A stretch of 64,000 nucleotides of DNA from an uncultured Candidatus Pelagibacter sp. (GTDB lineage Bacteria > Pseudomonadota > Alphaproteobacteria > Pelagibacterales > Pelagibacteraceae), in the NCBI GenBank assembly GCA_905618805.1, contig CAJQSZ010000019.1, positions 1,054 to 65,053 of the forward strand. Direction: 5' to 3'. Positions 1-9,833 of this stretch are shown here, piece after piece; position 1 is the first letter of the stretch; each line of letters begins with the position of its first letter. The notes under the pieces are model-generated. The model was not told where the DNA came from, ran no database searches, and saw nothing but the letters and a program-made list of their open reading frames with translations. Made by a program: the position numbers and the translations under genes.

Positions 1-442
1 TCTCAGGGAAGATAGCACAGGATTAACTTTTACTGGTGAAGTTGGTACCCTTTTAAAAAAGATGTTAATTGCAATAAATATTAAAAAAGAAAATATTTAC
101 TCTACTTATGCTATAAATTTTAGACCCCCTGAAGACCGAAAGCCTACATCTATTGAAATAAAAAGATATTCACCATTTCTTCAAAAACATATTTCAATCA
201 TAAAGCCCAAAATCATAATTCTTATGGGGAGCACTGCTATGGAGTCATTAACAGGATTAAATAGTAAAATTTCTATAGAAAGAGGAAAATGGAAAGAAGT
301 AATTGTCCAAAATACTTCTTACAATGTTATTATTACTTTTAACCCTTCATATCTTTTAAGAGTTCCAGAAAATAAAAAACACTCATGGGAAGACTTAAAA
401 AAAATCAAGCAAAAAATTATTGATTTAAAATTAAACATTTAA
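1..442 (+). CDS. Uracil-DNA glycosylase family 4-like protein, 5'-partial
   Basis: Frame is open from base 2 (LREDSTGLTFTGEVGTLLKKML, resembling EDxxGxxFxGxxGxLLxKML); also FRPPEDRKP and TFNPSYLLR motifs. Confidence 0.8.
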   Translation, partial: LREDSTGLTFTGEVGTLLKKMLIAINIKKENIYSTYAINFRPPEDRKPTSIEIKRYSPFLQKHISIIKPKIIILMGSTAMESLTGLNSKISIERGKWKEVIVQNTSYNVIITFNPSYLLRVPENKKHSWEDLKKIKQKIIDLKLNI

Positions 443-1002
443 TGAAAATTTTGGCTGGTGTTGACGAGGTTGGTAGAGGTAGTTTGATAGGCCCAGTTTA
501 TGCAGCAGCAGTTATACTAAATAAAACAATTAATAAAAAATTATTAAAAGATTCAAAAAGCTTATCTAAGTTAAAAAGAGAAGAGCTTGATAAATATATT
601 AAAAAAAATTCTATATGGGCTATAGGTCAAGCATCAATTAAAGAAATTGAAAAAATTAATATATTACACGCAAGCCTACTTGCAATGAAAAGAGCTATAC
701 TTAAATTAAAAAAAAAACCTTCTCTTGTTTTAATTGATGGCAACAAACTTCCTGATCTTAAAAATTATAAATTAGAATATGTGATTAAAGGAGATCAAAA
801 AATTCCTAGCATTTCAGCAGCTTCAATTATTGCAAAAGTCAGTAGAGATAGATTTATTACAAAACTTTCAAAACAATTTATTAATTATGGATGGGATACA
901 AATTCAGGTTACGGAACTAAAGAACATTTAAGAGCAATCAAGAAGTTTGGTATCACTAAATATCATCGAAAAACATTCTCTCCTATTTGTGATCTTTTAT
1001 AA
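442..1002 (+). CDS. rnhB: Ribonuclease HII
   Basis: GVDEVGRG, DSK, IDGN, KGD, SISAASIIAKVSRD, GYGT motifs. Confidence 0.97.
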   Translation: MKILAGVDEVGRGSLIGPVYAAAVILNKTINKKLLKDSKSLSKLKREELDKYIKKNSIWAIGQASIKEIEKINILHASLLAMKRAILKLKKKPSLVLIDGNKLPDLKNYKLEYVIKGDQKIPSISAASIIAKVSRDRFITKLSKQFINYGWDTNSGYGTKEHLRAIKKFGITKYHRKTFSPICDLL

Positions 1003-1057
1003 ACTCCACGTGGAATGCCACAACATCTAGTTGTTAGAAAAGTTTTAAGCACAATTT

Positions 1058-1106
1058 GAATCCTAATAATTCAATCTGAAGTTGACCATGGAATCCATTT
1101 GGAGTC
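1058..1106. promoter_or_regulatory. Cluster of three GANTC (CcrM target) sites upstream of ccrM
   Basis: GAATC 1058-1062, GAATC 1091-1095, GAGTC 1102-1106, just before the likely ATG at 1124. Confidence 0.55.
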
Positions 1107-1123
1107 TAATTGTTTTATATAAA

Positions 1124-2194
1124 ATGGAAAACAACTTCAAAAATAAGATTATTAATGGTGACAGTCTTAAGGAGTTAAAAAAAATCCCAAGTGAAACCTT
1201 TGACCTTGTTTTTGCTGACCCCCCATACAATCTACAATTAAAAAACTCCCTTACAAGACCTGATAGAACTAAAGTCAGTGCAGTCAATGATAAATGGGAT
1301 CAATTTGAAAGTTTTAAAAAGTATGATGATTTTACGATTGCTTGGCTCTCAGAGTGTAAAAGAATTTTAAAAAAGGATGGAGCTATTTGGGTTATTGGAA
1401 GCTATCATAATATTTTCAGAGTTGGAACTGCCATACAAAATTTAGGATTCTGGATTTTAAATGATGTCATTTGGAACAAAAATAATCCTATGCCTAACTT
1501 TAGAGGAACAAGATTTACTAATGCTCATGAAACATTAATTTGGGCATCTAAAAGTGAAAAATCAAAATATACTTTTAATTACCAATCGTTAAAATGTTTA
1601 AATGATGATCTTCAAATGAGATCAGATTGGAAACTACCTATTTGCAATGGAGCAGAAAGACTTAAAAAAAATGGCAAAAAAGTTCACTCAACACAAAAAC
1701 CTGAGTCTTTACTTCATAGAGTGTTATTGGCATCATCAAACAAAGGTGACTTGGTCCTAGATCCATTTTTAGGATCTGGAACTACCGCAACCGTTGCTAA
1801 GAAATTAGGTAGAAATTACTATGGAATTGAAAAAGAAAAAAATTATTTTAAAGCTTCTGAAGAAAGATTAAAAAAAACAAAACCAATAGAAGATGACTTC
1901 CTAGATACCCTTAAAAATAATAGGTCTAAACCAAGGATTCCTTTTGGATCTTTAGTAGAGTTAGGAATAATAAAACCTGGAACAAGTATTTTTGATCAAA
2001 AGAAAAAAGTTACTGCAAGAATTATGGCTGATGGAAGTATCAGGCATAATCAATCTGAGGGATCAATTCATAAGGTTGCTGCAACAATTCTTGGTTCTGA
2101 AAGTTGTAATGGTTGGACTTATTGGCATTGTAATGTAAATGGAGTGAGCGTTCCAATCGATAACTTAAGACAAAAACTAATTGCTAATAATTAA
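1124..2194 (+). CDS. ccrM: Cell-cycle-regulated DNA adenine methyltransferase CcrM (beta class, GANTC)
   Basis: FADPPYNLQL, WVIGSYHNIFRVG, NPMPNFRGTRFTNAHET, HSTQKPE, DPFLGSGTT and the C-terminal GSIHK...CNGWTYW domain; follows rnhB; ATG 1124 preferred over TTG 1082. Confidence 0.95.
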   Translation: MENNFKNKIINGDSLKELKKIPSETFDLVFADPPYNLQLKNSLTRPDRTKVSAVNDKWDQFESFKKYDDFTIAWLSECKRILKKDGAIWVIGSYHNIFRVGTAIQNLGFWILNDVIWNKNNPMPNFRGTRFTNAHETLIWASKSEKSKYTFNYQSLKCLNDDLQMRSDWKLPICNGAERLKKNGKKVHSTQKPESLLHRVLLASSNKGDLVLDPFLGSGTTATVAKKLGRNYYGIEKEKNYFKASEERLKKTKPIEDDFLDTLKNNRSKPRIPFGSLVELGIIKPGTSIFDQKKKVTARIMADGSIRHNQSEGSIHKVAATILGSESCNGWTYWHCNVNGVSVPIDNLRQKLIANN

Positions 2195-3342
2195 TTTTTA
2201 TAAATTTTACCTAAGTAACTATTAATAAACTTATTATTTTTAACTAAATATTTCATTACGGTATTCCTGATCCATGCCAATAATGGATTGGACAGATGAA
2301 AAACAAAATAGTTAAATTTTGATTTTCGATCAATCATCTTAGTTCGTTCAATTCTCTCAACATTAAATTGATTATCTTCATTTTCTAAATTTTTATACAA
2401 CTCATGCACAACTTCTATTGATTGGGACGCGCCTTGTGCAAAAGTTGGTGGAAAAGCAAAAAAGGCATCACCAATAAGAAATGTGTTTTTATTTATTGGT
2501 TGATGTATTTCAGAACTCACAAATACTGGAAAGCACCTAATATCTTTTAAATTTTTAATAATATCTGGGTCTATTTGCTTTGATATCTCAGATAAAATGG
2601 ATGAAATAAAATCACTTCTATCAAATAAAGAATAATCAAATAACTCATTAATACTAAGCTTTTTTCTCAAAATACTGACGAAATTAAACTGACCCTTTTT
2701 ATCAATTGGATATGATACAGAGTGTAAATTAGACCCTAAAGACAGAGATATGTTATTTGGGTCAATTCCTTTAATACTGTTACGATCTATAGTTGCTCTT
2801 AAAGCGATGGATTTAAAATATTTTGGTTTAATTTCTTTTTTAGCAATTAATGATTTTGATTTTGAAAATGTCCCATCAGATATGACTAAATAATCACATT
2901 CGATTGAAGCACTATTTTCAAAAGTTACTTCAATATTATCATCTTCATAATCAATTTTAGTGACTTTTTTATTATAGTTTATGAAATTATCAGGAAGTTT
3001 ATTTTTTAAAAAATTAATTAAAGTAAATCTTTGTAGTGTTGTGTACTTAGCTTCAATGTTATTAAAAACCGATATATTCAAATCACATATCTTCTTCTTA
3101 TTTTTTAAAGAATAGAAATCTACTTTATTGGGATGAAACTTATCTTCTAAATTAATGTTCTGAAAACCTATTTCATTTAATAATTTAATGCTATTAACCG
3201 AAAGTTGAATCCCATAACCCTTCTCTAGATTAACAGAATTGTTTTTTTCATAAATAGTGATTTCATAGCTTGAATTTTTTCTTAAAAGATTTGCAAGATA
3301 TAATCCTGATATACCACCACCTATTATTGCTATTTTTTTCAT
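2191..3342 (-). CDS. FAD-dependent monooxygenase (salicylate hydroxylase/UbiH-like family)
   Basis: IIGGGISG Rossmann motif, SDG, LIGDA, P..AQGASQSIE. Confidence 0.8.
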   Translation of the reverse strand: MKKIAIIGGGISGLYLANLLRKNSSYEITIYEKNNSVNLEKGYGIQLSVNSIKLLNEIGFQNINLEDKFHPNKVDFYSLKNKKKICDLNISVFNNIEAKYTTLQRFTLINFLKNKLPDNFINYNKKVTKIDYEDDNIEVTFENSASIECDYLVISDGTFSKSKSLIAKKEIKPKYFKSIALRATIDRNSIKGIDPNNISLSLGSNLHSVSYPIDKKGQFNFVSILRKKLSINELFDYSLFDRSDFISSILSEISKQIDPDIIKNLKDIRCFPVFVSSEIHQPINKNTFLIGDAFFAFPPTFAQGASQSIEVVHELYKNLENEDNQFNVERIERTKMIDRKSKFNYFVFHLSNPLLAWIRNTVMKYLVKNNKFINSYLGKIYKN

Positions 3343-4322
3343 TAATTTTTTTCTAAATAACTAAAAATCTTCTTAGTGAAAGTTGGTAAAGTATAGCTAT
3401 CAAGCTTAGTGCTATCAACCCAATAAGAGTTTGGAATTGATTCATTTATCTTAGTAAATTGAACAATTATATTCATATTGATATTTGAAATTTTAAAGTT
3501 TAGGTCTTTTTTAATATTATTATATTTAGGTATTTCATCCATAGGAAATATTTTTAAATTCTTTAAGAAACTAAACTTGATGTTCTTTATTAATAAAAAC
3601 TTATCATTTTTTTTATAAATATTTAATAGATAAAATTTATCAATCTTTTTCTTTCTTTCTTTTATAATTTCAAAATCATCATTTTTAAAAGATTTACAAT
3701 TTTTTGTTAAAGGACATTGGCTGCATAAAGGGGTTTTAGGTCGACAAATAAGAGCCCCCAATTCCATTAAGGCTTGAGCATAATCACTTGCTCTAATAGA
3801 AGTTCCCAGTATTTTTTTTTTACTAATAAGATTTTCTTTAGAAATTTCACTAATTAATTTTAAATTTAATAATCTTTTGATTACTCTTTCAATATTTCCA
3901 TCCAGTGGAATAAATGGTTTGTTAAAACCGATCGCCATTATTGCATTTGCAGTATACTCCCCTATTCCAGGTAGTAGCTTTAATTCCTCAATAGTGCTAG
4001 GTAATCTTCCTTTAAAATCTTTTTCTAATATTTGTGCTGTCTTTTTTAAATTTCTAACTCTAGAGTAATAGCCTAGCCCCTCCCAATATTTTAAGAGCTT
4101 ATGTTCATTAAATTTTGCCAATGAACTTATGTTGGGAATGTCTTTTACGAAATTATTAAAATATGGAACTACAGTTACAACTTGTGTTTGTTGCAGCATA
4201 AATTCACTCACTAATGTGTAATATTCCCTTTTGACTTGGGAGAGTTTTTTTCTCCATGGTAGTGATCTTTTATTATTATCGTACCAATAAAGAATTTTTT
4301 TTGGTAGTATGGATTTTGTCAT
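3342..4322 (-). CDS. mutY: A/G-specific adenine glycosylase MutY
   Basis: LPWR, SEFMLQQTQV, WEGLGYYSR, HhH LPGIGEYTA, DGN, and Fe-S motif CRPKTPLCSQCPLTKNC; ATG at 4322 preferred. Confidence 0.95.
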   Translation of the reverse strand: MTKSILPKKILYWYDNNKRSLPWRKKLSQVKREYYTLVSEFMLQQTQVVTVVPYFNNFVKDIPNISSLAKFNEHKLLKYWEGLGYYSRVRNLKKTAQILEKDFKGRLPSTIEELKLLPGIGEYTANAIMAIGFNKPFIPLDGNIERVIKRLLNLKLISEISKENLISKKKILGTSIRASDYAQALMELGALICRPKTPLCSQCPLTKNCKSFKNDDFEIIKERKKKIDKFYLLNIYKKNDKFLLIKNIKFSFLKNLKIFPMDEIPKYNNIKKDLNFKISNINMNIIVQFTKINESIPNSYWVDSTKLDSYTLPTFTKKIFSYLEKN

Positions 4323-4811
4323 ATGCAATTTAAAAATAATACTAAGCAGAGGTTTAAAACTATTCAAGGCTTAAGATCTTTTAAAGATACTTTGCCAAAA
4401 AACATCAAAAAAATAATCAAAAAAAAAGGTCATATATTCTCTGAAACTCTTAATAATTGGAAATATATAGTTGGTAATGAAATTTTTCAAATATGTTATC
4501 CAAAATTGTTTAAAAATTCCAATAGGTTTGGTGTTAGCACTCTACATGTGATGGTTAAAAGAGGTCATGAAGTAGACTTGGAATATTCAAAAAAAGAAAT
4601 AATGGATAAAATGAATAGTTTTTTTGGCTACGCTGTTGTTGAGAAATTAAAATTTATAAGTTTTGATGACACTCAAACTAAATTTAAAAAGATAGATGAA
4701 AACGAGAATCATGTGACAAATAGTAAATATACAGATAGGATTAATGATATTAAAAATGATAAAATAAAAAAATCATTATTAGAATTAACTAAATTATTTA
4801 AACAAAGATGA
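4323..4811 (+). CDS. DUF721/DciA family protein
   Basis: W..IVG motif, INSFFG-like KMNSFFGYAVV; mutY-DUF721-dsbA-smc synteny typical of alphaproteobacteria. Confidence 0.75.
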   Translation: MQFKNNTKQRFKTIQGLRSFKDTLPKNIKKIIKKKGHIFSETLNNWKYIVGNEIFQICYPKLFKNSNRFGVSTLHVMVKRGHEVDLEYSKKEIMDKMNSFFGYAVVEKLKFISFDDTQTKFKKIDENENHVTNSKYTDRINDIKNDKIKKSLLELTKLFKQR

Positions 4812-5398
4812 AAAAAACAGTTTCAATATTATTTATTATATTTTTTGGCTTTGCAACCAACTTATCTGCAGAAGACAGTCAGTCTATTAAAAGAATTTCT
4901 GTAGGTGAAAAAAATGCTAAAATCACAATAATTGCTTATGAGTCATTAACATGTGGTCACTGTGCAGACTTTCACAAGAATGTTTATCCAAATCTTAAAA
5001 AAGATTTTATAGAAAAAGGTTTGGTGAAAATTGAATTTAGACACTTTCCTCTAGATATTGCAGCATTTAATGCTTCAAAAATTGGACAATGCAATAATGA
5101 CGGCAATGCAAATGTGCTAAATATTTTATTTTCAGGCCAAAAAAAATGGGCGAGAGGAAAAACGCCAGAGGAGGCTACAGGGTATTTAAAGAAATTTTTA
5201 AAAGATGAGGGCATAACCTTAGATTTTGAAAAGTGCTTAGCTGACAAAACTATTGAAGATTATATTTTAAACGATCGAATCGATGGAGTAAAAAAATTTA
5301 AAGTTAATGCTACTCCTACGATAATAATCAATGACAAAAAGTTTGAAAAAGCTCTTAATTATAAGAATTTAAAAAAATATCTGGAAAAGCTGATATAA
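4808..5398 (+). CDS. DsbA family thiol-disulfide oxidoreductase
   Basis: Signal peptide, SLTCGHCADFH, RHFPLD, cis-Pro NATPT. Confidence 0.9.
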   Translation: MKKTVSILFIIFFGFATNLSAEDSQSIKRISVGEKNAKITIIAYESLTCGHCADFHKNVYPNLKKDFIEKGLVKIEFRHFPLDIAAFNASKIGQCNNDGNANVLNILFSGQKKWARGKTPEEATGYLKKFLKDEGITLDFEKCLADKTIEDYILNDRIDGVKKFKVNATPTIIINDKKFEKALNYKNLKKYLEKLI

Positions 5399-5406
5399 GT
5401 TAAGTC

Positions 5407-7980
5407 ATGGAGTTTAAAAAAATCCAATTAAATGGATTTAAATCATTCGCTGATAAAACTAACTTTCTCATTGAAAATGGTTTAACTGGAATAGTTGGCC
5501 CCAATGGCTGTGGAAAATCTAATATTGTAGAATCATTAAGATGGGCAATGGGTGAAACATCTGCGAAGAGCATGCGTGGCTCAGGCATGGAAGATGTTAT
5601 TTTTAATGGGACATCAAATAAGGCTTCAAAAAATATAGCAGAAGTTTCAATTACTGTAGACAATGCAAGTCACGAAGGACCTATACAATATAAAGATTTA
5701 GATCAAGTTGAAGTTAGAAGAAAAATTGAAAAAGATAAAGGTTCTAAATTTTACATAAACGATAAAGAAGTTAGGGCTAGAGACGCACAAATGTTTTTTG
5801 CAGATTTATCAACTGGTGCTCATTCACCGTCAATGATAAGCCAAGGACGTATTGGTGCTTTAGTTACTGCAAAGCCTGCAGACCGAAGATCAATTTTAGA
5901 AGAGGCTGCAAATATTTCTGGGTTACACGTAAGAAGACATGAGGCCGAGCTGAGATTAAACGCAGCAGATACCAATTTAAAAAGAGCTGATGAATTAAGA
6001 AAACAGCAAGAAAAACAATTAGCCAATCTTAAAAAGCAAGCTGAAGAAGCAACAAAATATAAACTAATATCTGAAGAAATTAAAAAAATTGAAGCAGGTT
6101 TGTATTACCTAAAATTATTAGATATTGATAATGAGATTAGATTAGAAAATGAAATTAATACCGAGGCTGAGGGGGGGGTAAGCAACTTCAATCAACAAAT
6201 TAGTGAATTTGAAAGCTCAATTGAATTGGAAACAGACAAGGTAACGCCTCTTAGAGAAAAAAATATTGAAAATCTCTCTAAAATTCAACGTATGAATTTA
6301 GAATTACAAAGTCTTGATGAAGAAAATATAAGAACTCAAGATGAAATAGAAAACTTTAAAAAATCTCTAAAAACTATTGAGGAAGATATTGACAGAGAAA
6401 AAGGCATCGTAATTGATGCAAATTCAAATGAAAAAAGATTAAAAGAAGAAAAAGGAGAGTTAATAGAAATAGATTCAAAGTACTTTGAAACCGAAAAATT
6501 ATCAAACGAAGACCTCAAAAAAGCAAAAAATTTACTTAAAGATGAACAAGAAGCTGTTGATGAAATAATTGATATCTTCGCAAATGATAACATAAATATA
6601 AGCATCGACCCAATCAAAGAAGTTATCAATACAATTGAAAAGATTAAAGAATTAATTAATAGCAATGAAGCTAATCAGGCTCTTACTTTATTGGATAGAA
6701 CTAAAATTGAATTAAATAATTTCTTAAATAATTTAGCTAATGATGAAAGTAAAAATAAACTAACAGATATTAATGGGAAAAATGATAATATAAAATTATT
6801 ACAAGAAAAATATGCTGATAGTTTTAGTAAAAATGAGTCAATTAAAAAAGAATCTATAAAAAGAAATGAAAGAATAAAGACTATTGAAATTGAAGTTGAA
6901 AGCTGGAAAAATTTACTTTCAAACTCTCAGAAGATGGTTGTTGAATTGACTGAGAGAAAAAATAAATTATTATCACAATTAAATGAACGTGATCAACAAC
7001 CTAAAGTACAAGCTGAAAAAAAAGGACAGATAACTGAAGGTTTAAGAATATCTGAAAATGAAAAGATGGAGAATGAAAATTTTATTGAAGAAACAGATAA
7101 GAAAATCAACTCTTTAAGACTTGAGCTAAATGAAGTGCAGGAAAAATCGATTCAAATTAGAGAGAGAAAAGCAAGTTCTGGGGCAACGATAGAAGGTTTA
7201 AAAAAACGTAAAGATGACTTATTAGATAGGGTAAACTCCGAACTAGACCTTGATGAAGAAAATATTTTTGAAAACTCTAATTTAAATGGTGTTGAAGAAT
7301 TACCCAATTCAACTGCTCAAGAAGATTCACTAGATGAAAAAAAAAGAGAAAGAGAAAAACTTGGTTCAGTTAATTTAAGAGCTGACGAAGAAACTAGTAA
7401 ATATGAGATGGAAATAGAAAAAATGGAACAAGATAGAGAGGATCTCGTATCTGCAATTCTTAAATTGAAAGAAAGCATCAATGAATTAAATCAAAAAGGA
7501 AGAGAAAGACTTTTAGAGGCTTTTGAAAAAGTTAATAGAAAATTTAATGAGGTTTATACAAAATTATTTAATGGTGGAAATGCTAAACTAGAATTGGTTG
7601 ACTCTGATGATCCATTAGAAGCAGGCCTTGAAATGCTTGTAAGTCCTCCCGGAAAAAGGTTGCAGTCGATAACTTTATTGTCTGGTGGAGAGCAAGCTTT
7701 AACCGCTTTATCTTTAATCTTTGCTGTATTCTTAACCAATCCATCTCCAATTTGTGTTTTAGATGAAGTTGACGCTCCACTAGACGATGCCAATGTAACT
7801 AGATTTTGTGGCCTTCTAGAAGACCTAACTAAAATAACAAATACAAAATTTATTATTGTAACTCATCACGCACTTACGATGTCTAAAATGAACAGGCTTT
7901 ATGGAGTAACAATGCCTGAAAAGGGTATTAGCCAATTAGTAGCTGTTGATTTACAAAAAGCTGAGAGTATGGTTGCTTAA
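5407..7980 (+). CDS. smc: Chromosome segregation protein SMC (short, 857 aa)
   Basis: GFKSF, Walker A GPNGCGKSN, LSGGEQ signature, LDEVDAPLDDAN, long coiled coils. Confidence 0.92.
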   Translation: MEFKKIQLNGFKSFADKTNFLIENGLTGIVGPNGCGKSNIVESLRWAMGETSAKSMRGSGMEDVIFNGTSNKASKNIAEVSITVDNASHEGPIQYKDLDQVEVRRKIEKDKGSKFYINDKEVRARDAQMFFADLSTGAHSPSMISQGRIGALVTAKPADRRSILEEAANISGLHVRRHEAELRLNAADTNLKRADELRKQQEKQLANLKKQAEEATKYKLISEEIKKIEAGLYYLKLLDIDNEIRLENEINTEAEGGVSNFNQQISEFESSIELETDKVTPLREKNIENLSKIQRMNLELQSLDEENIRTQDEIENFKKSLKTIEEDIDREKGIVIDANSNEKRLKEEKGELIEIDSKYFETEKLSNEDLKKAKNLLKDEQEAVDEIIDIFANDNINISIDPIKEVINTIEKIKELINSNEANQALTLLDRTKIELNNFLNNLANDESKNKLTDINGKNDNIKLLQEKYADSFSKNESIKKESIKRNERIKTIEIEVESWKNLLSNSQKMVVELTERKNKLLSQLNERDQQPKVQAEKKGQITEGLRISENEKMENENFIEETDKKINSLRLELNEVQEKSIQIRERKASSGATIEGLKKRKDDLLDRVNSELDLDEENIFENSNLNGVEELPNSTAQEDSLDEKKREREKLGSVNLRADEETSKYEMEIEKMEQDREDLVSAILKLKESINELNQKGRERLLEAFEKVNRKFNEVYTKLFNGGNAKLELVDSDDPLEAGLEMLVSPPGKRLQSITLLSGGEQALTALSLIFAVFLTNPSPICVLDEVDAPLDDANVTRFCGLLEDLTKITNTKFIIVTHHALTMSKMNRLYGVTMPEKGISQLVAVDLQKAESMVA

Positions 7981-7986
7981 CAATTA

Positions 7987-8262
7987 ATGTCCAAGAATTC
8001 ACTTAAAACTCGCTTAGAGATTGCAAAATCTAAAATTTTAGAGAAAGAGCTATATAAAGATAAGGATCAGCCCTCACCTATTGGCGCAGCCTTTAAATTA
8101 AGTACAGAATTGGTGGCTGCAGTAGCAATTGGGACAATTATTGGGTTTATTTTAGACAAGACCTTTGGTACTACACCTTGGTTAATAATTATATTTTTTT
8201 TTTTAGGTGTAGCTGCTGGAATTGTGAATGTGTTCAGATCTGCAAAAAATATGCAAGAATAG
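7987..8262 (+). CDS. atpI: ATP synthase protein I (AtpZ/AtpI family)
   Basis: Two TM segments, G..LD..FGTTPW motif, first gene of the F0 operon. Confidence 0.85.
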   Translation: MSKNSLKTRLEIAKSKILEKELYKDKDQPSPIGAAFKLSTELVAAVAIGTIIGFILDKTFGTTPWLIIIFFFLGVAAGIVNVFRSAKNMQE

Positions 8263-8269
8263 AAAAACT

Positions 8270-9004
8270 ATGGCAACAAACCCAATGGCTCAATTCGAAG
8301 TATATAGAATTGGACCAGAAATAAAGTTAGGATCGATAGACATATCATTTACAAACTCAAGTTTGTTTATGATAATCAGCTCACTAGCAATACTATTGAT
8401 TTTTAACCTTGGATCAAAAAAGAATTCTTTATTGCCAACTAAAATTCAACTTTTAGCAGAATTAAGTTATTCATTCGTTTCAAAGATGATTAGTGATACC
8501 GCTGGATCAAAAGCAAAACCTTATTTTTCATTTATTTTTTCACTTTTTATGTTTGTTTTATTTTGCAACATGTTTGGCATGATGCCTTATTCGTTCACAG
8601 TAACTAGTCATATAATCGTTACATTTTTTTTGGCTTTTTTTGTTTTTGTTGGAGTAACCGTAATAGGGTTTATGAAGCATGGGTTAGGGTATTTAAAACT
8701 ATTTGTACCGAGTGGTGTTCCTGCACTTTTGTTACCATTAATAATAATTATTGAAGTTATTTCATACCTGAGTCGACCTATTAGTCTTTCTGTTCGTTTG
8801 TTTGCTAATATGCTCGCTGGACACACTATGATGAAAGTTTTCGGAGGCTTTGTGATAAGTCTCGGGATAGTTGGTGGATGGCTTCCACTGAGTTTTTCGG
8901 TTGCGTTAACTGGTTTGGAGTTCTTAGTTGCTTTCCTTCAAGCATATGTTTTTGCAATCTTAACCTGCATCTATTTAAATGATGCATTAAATTTACACCA
9001 TTAA
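8270..9004 (+). CDS. atpB: ATP synthase F0 subunit a
   Basis: RPISLSVRLFANMLAGH, LQAYVF; ATG at 8270. Confidence 0.97.
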   Translation: MATNPMAQFEVYRIGPEIKLGSIDISFTNSSLFMIISSLAILLIFNLGSKKNSLLPTKIQLLAELSYSFVSKMISDTAGSKAKPYFSFIFSLFMFVLFCNMFGMMPYSFTVTSHIIVTFFLAFFVFVGVTVIGFMKHGLGYLKLFVPSGVPALLLPLIIIIEVISYLSRPISLSVRLFANMLAGHTMMKVFGGFVISLGIVGGWLPLSFSVALTGLEFLVAFLQAYVFAILTCIYLNDALNLHH

Positions 9005-9023
9005 CTAACATAAGGAGGATATA

Positions 9024-9251
9024 ATGGAATTAGAAGCAGCAAAAATGATCGGAGCAGGTATAGCGGTACTCTCGTTGGCGGGTGCAGGAATTGCGATTGG
9101 TAATATCTTTAGTAGCTATTTAACTGGTGCTATGAGAAACCCATCTGCAGCTCAAAAACAATTTCCTAATTTATTATTAGGTTTTGCTTTAGCAGAAGCA
9201 ACCGGGCTATTTGGTTTGGTTGTTGCGTTAATCATTCTTTTCGCTTTTTAA
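9024..9251 (+). CDS. atpE: ATP synthase F0 subunit c
   Basis: RNP loop, ALAEA proton-carrying Glu; AGGAGG RBS. Confidence 0.97.
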   Translation: MELEAAKMIGAGIAVLSLAGAGIAIGNIFSSYLTGAMRNPSAAQKQFPNLLLGFALAEATGLFGLVVALIILFAF

Positions 9252-9257
9252 GTATTG

Positions 9258-9833
9258 ATGGGTAAACTTTTATTTTTATCTATTTTACTTTCCTCTGCTG
9301 TGAATGCAGCAGAGAAAGTGGGAATGCCTCAGCTTGATACTGAGTTCTGGATTTCTCAAATTTTTTGGTTAGCTATAACTTTTTCCATATTGTTTATTCT
9401 GTTGTCTAAAATTATTTTGCCAAAAATTAGTGCCAACCTTGAGACAAGAAAATCTCTAATTTTAGAGAATATTAGTACTGCAGAAAAAAAGAGAGAAGAA
9501 AGTGAATCAAAAATTAAAGAGTATAATGAAATCGTTGAAAAGAGTAAAAATGATGCAAAGAGCATGATAAGTCAAGCAAAAGAAAGATTAACGAAAGATA
9601 TTATTCTAAAAAAAGGAGCACTAGAGAAGGATCTTTCAAACGAAATTCAAAAAGCTGAAATAGAAATACAAGAGTTTAGAGATAAAGCTCCAGAAAGAAT
9701 TAACAAGATAGCGGTAGAAACATCTGCAGACTTACTTCATCAGCTAATAAGTGCTGATGTTAATAGTAGCAGTGTTTCAGCAATAGTTAATGATTTATCA
9801 AGTAAAATAATGAGTAGATATTATGGTAATTAA
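9258..9833 (+). CDS. ATP synthase F0 subunit b'
   Basis: GMPQLD...SQIFWL motif, TM plus coiled coil, position in operon. Confidence 0.9.
   Translation: MGKLLFLSILLSSAVNAAEKVGMPQLDTEFWISQIFWLAITFSILFILLSKIILPKISANLETRKSLILENISTAEKKREESESKIKEYNEIVEKSKNDAKSMISQAKERLTKDIILKKGALEKDLSNEIQKAEIEIQEFRDKAPERINKIAVETSADLLHQLISADVNSSSVSAIVNDLSSKIMSRYYGN

Noticed and set aside
1045-1059. CtrA-like box TTAA-N7-TTGA upstream of ccrM
   Set aside because: Imperfect and easily arises by chance in AT-rich DNA; no ctrA evidence in the window
5400-7793. Several antisense ORFs within smc (similar ones within cox, ileS, groEL, typA, purD)
   Set aside because: Antisense shadows of well-supported genes, lacking motifs or RBS
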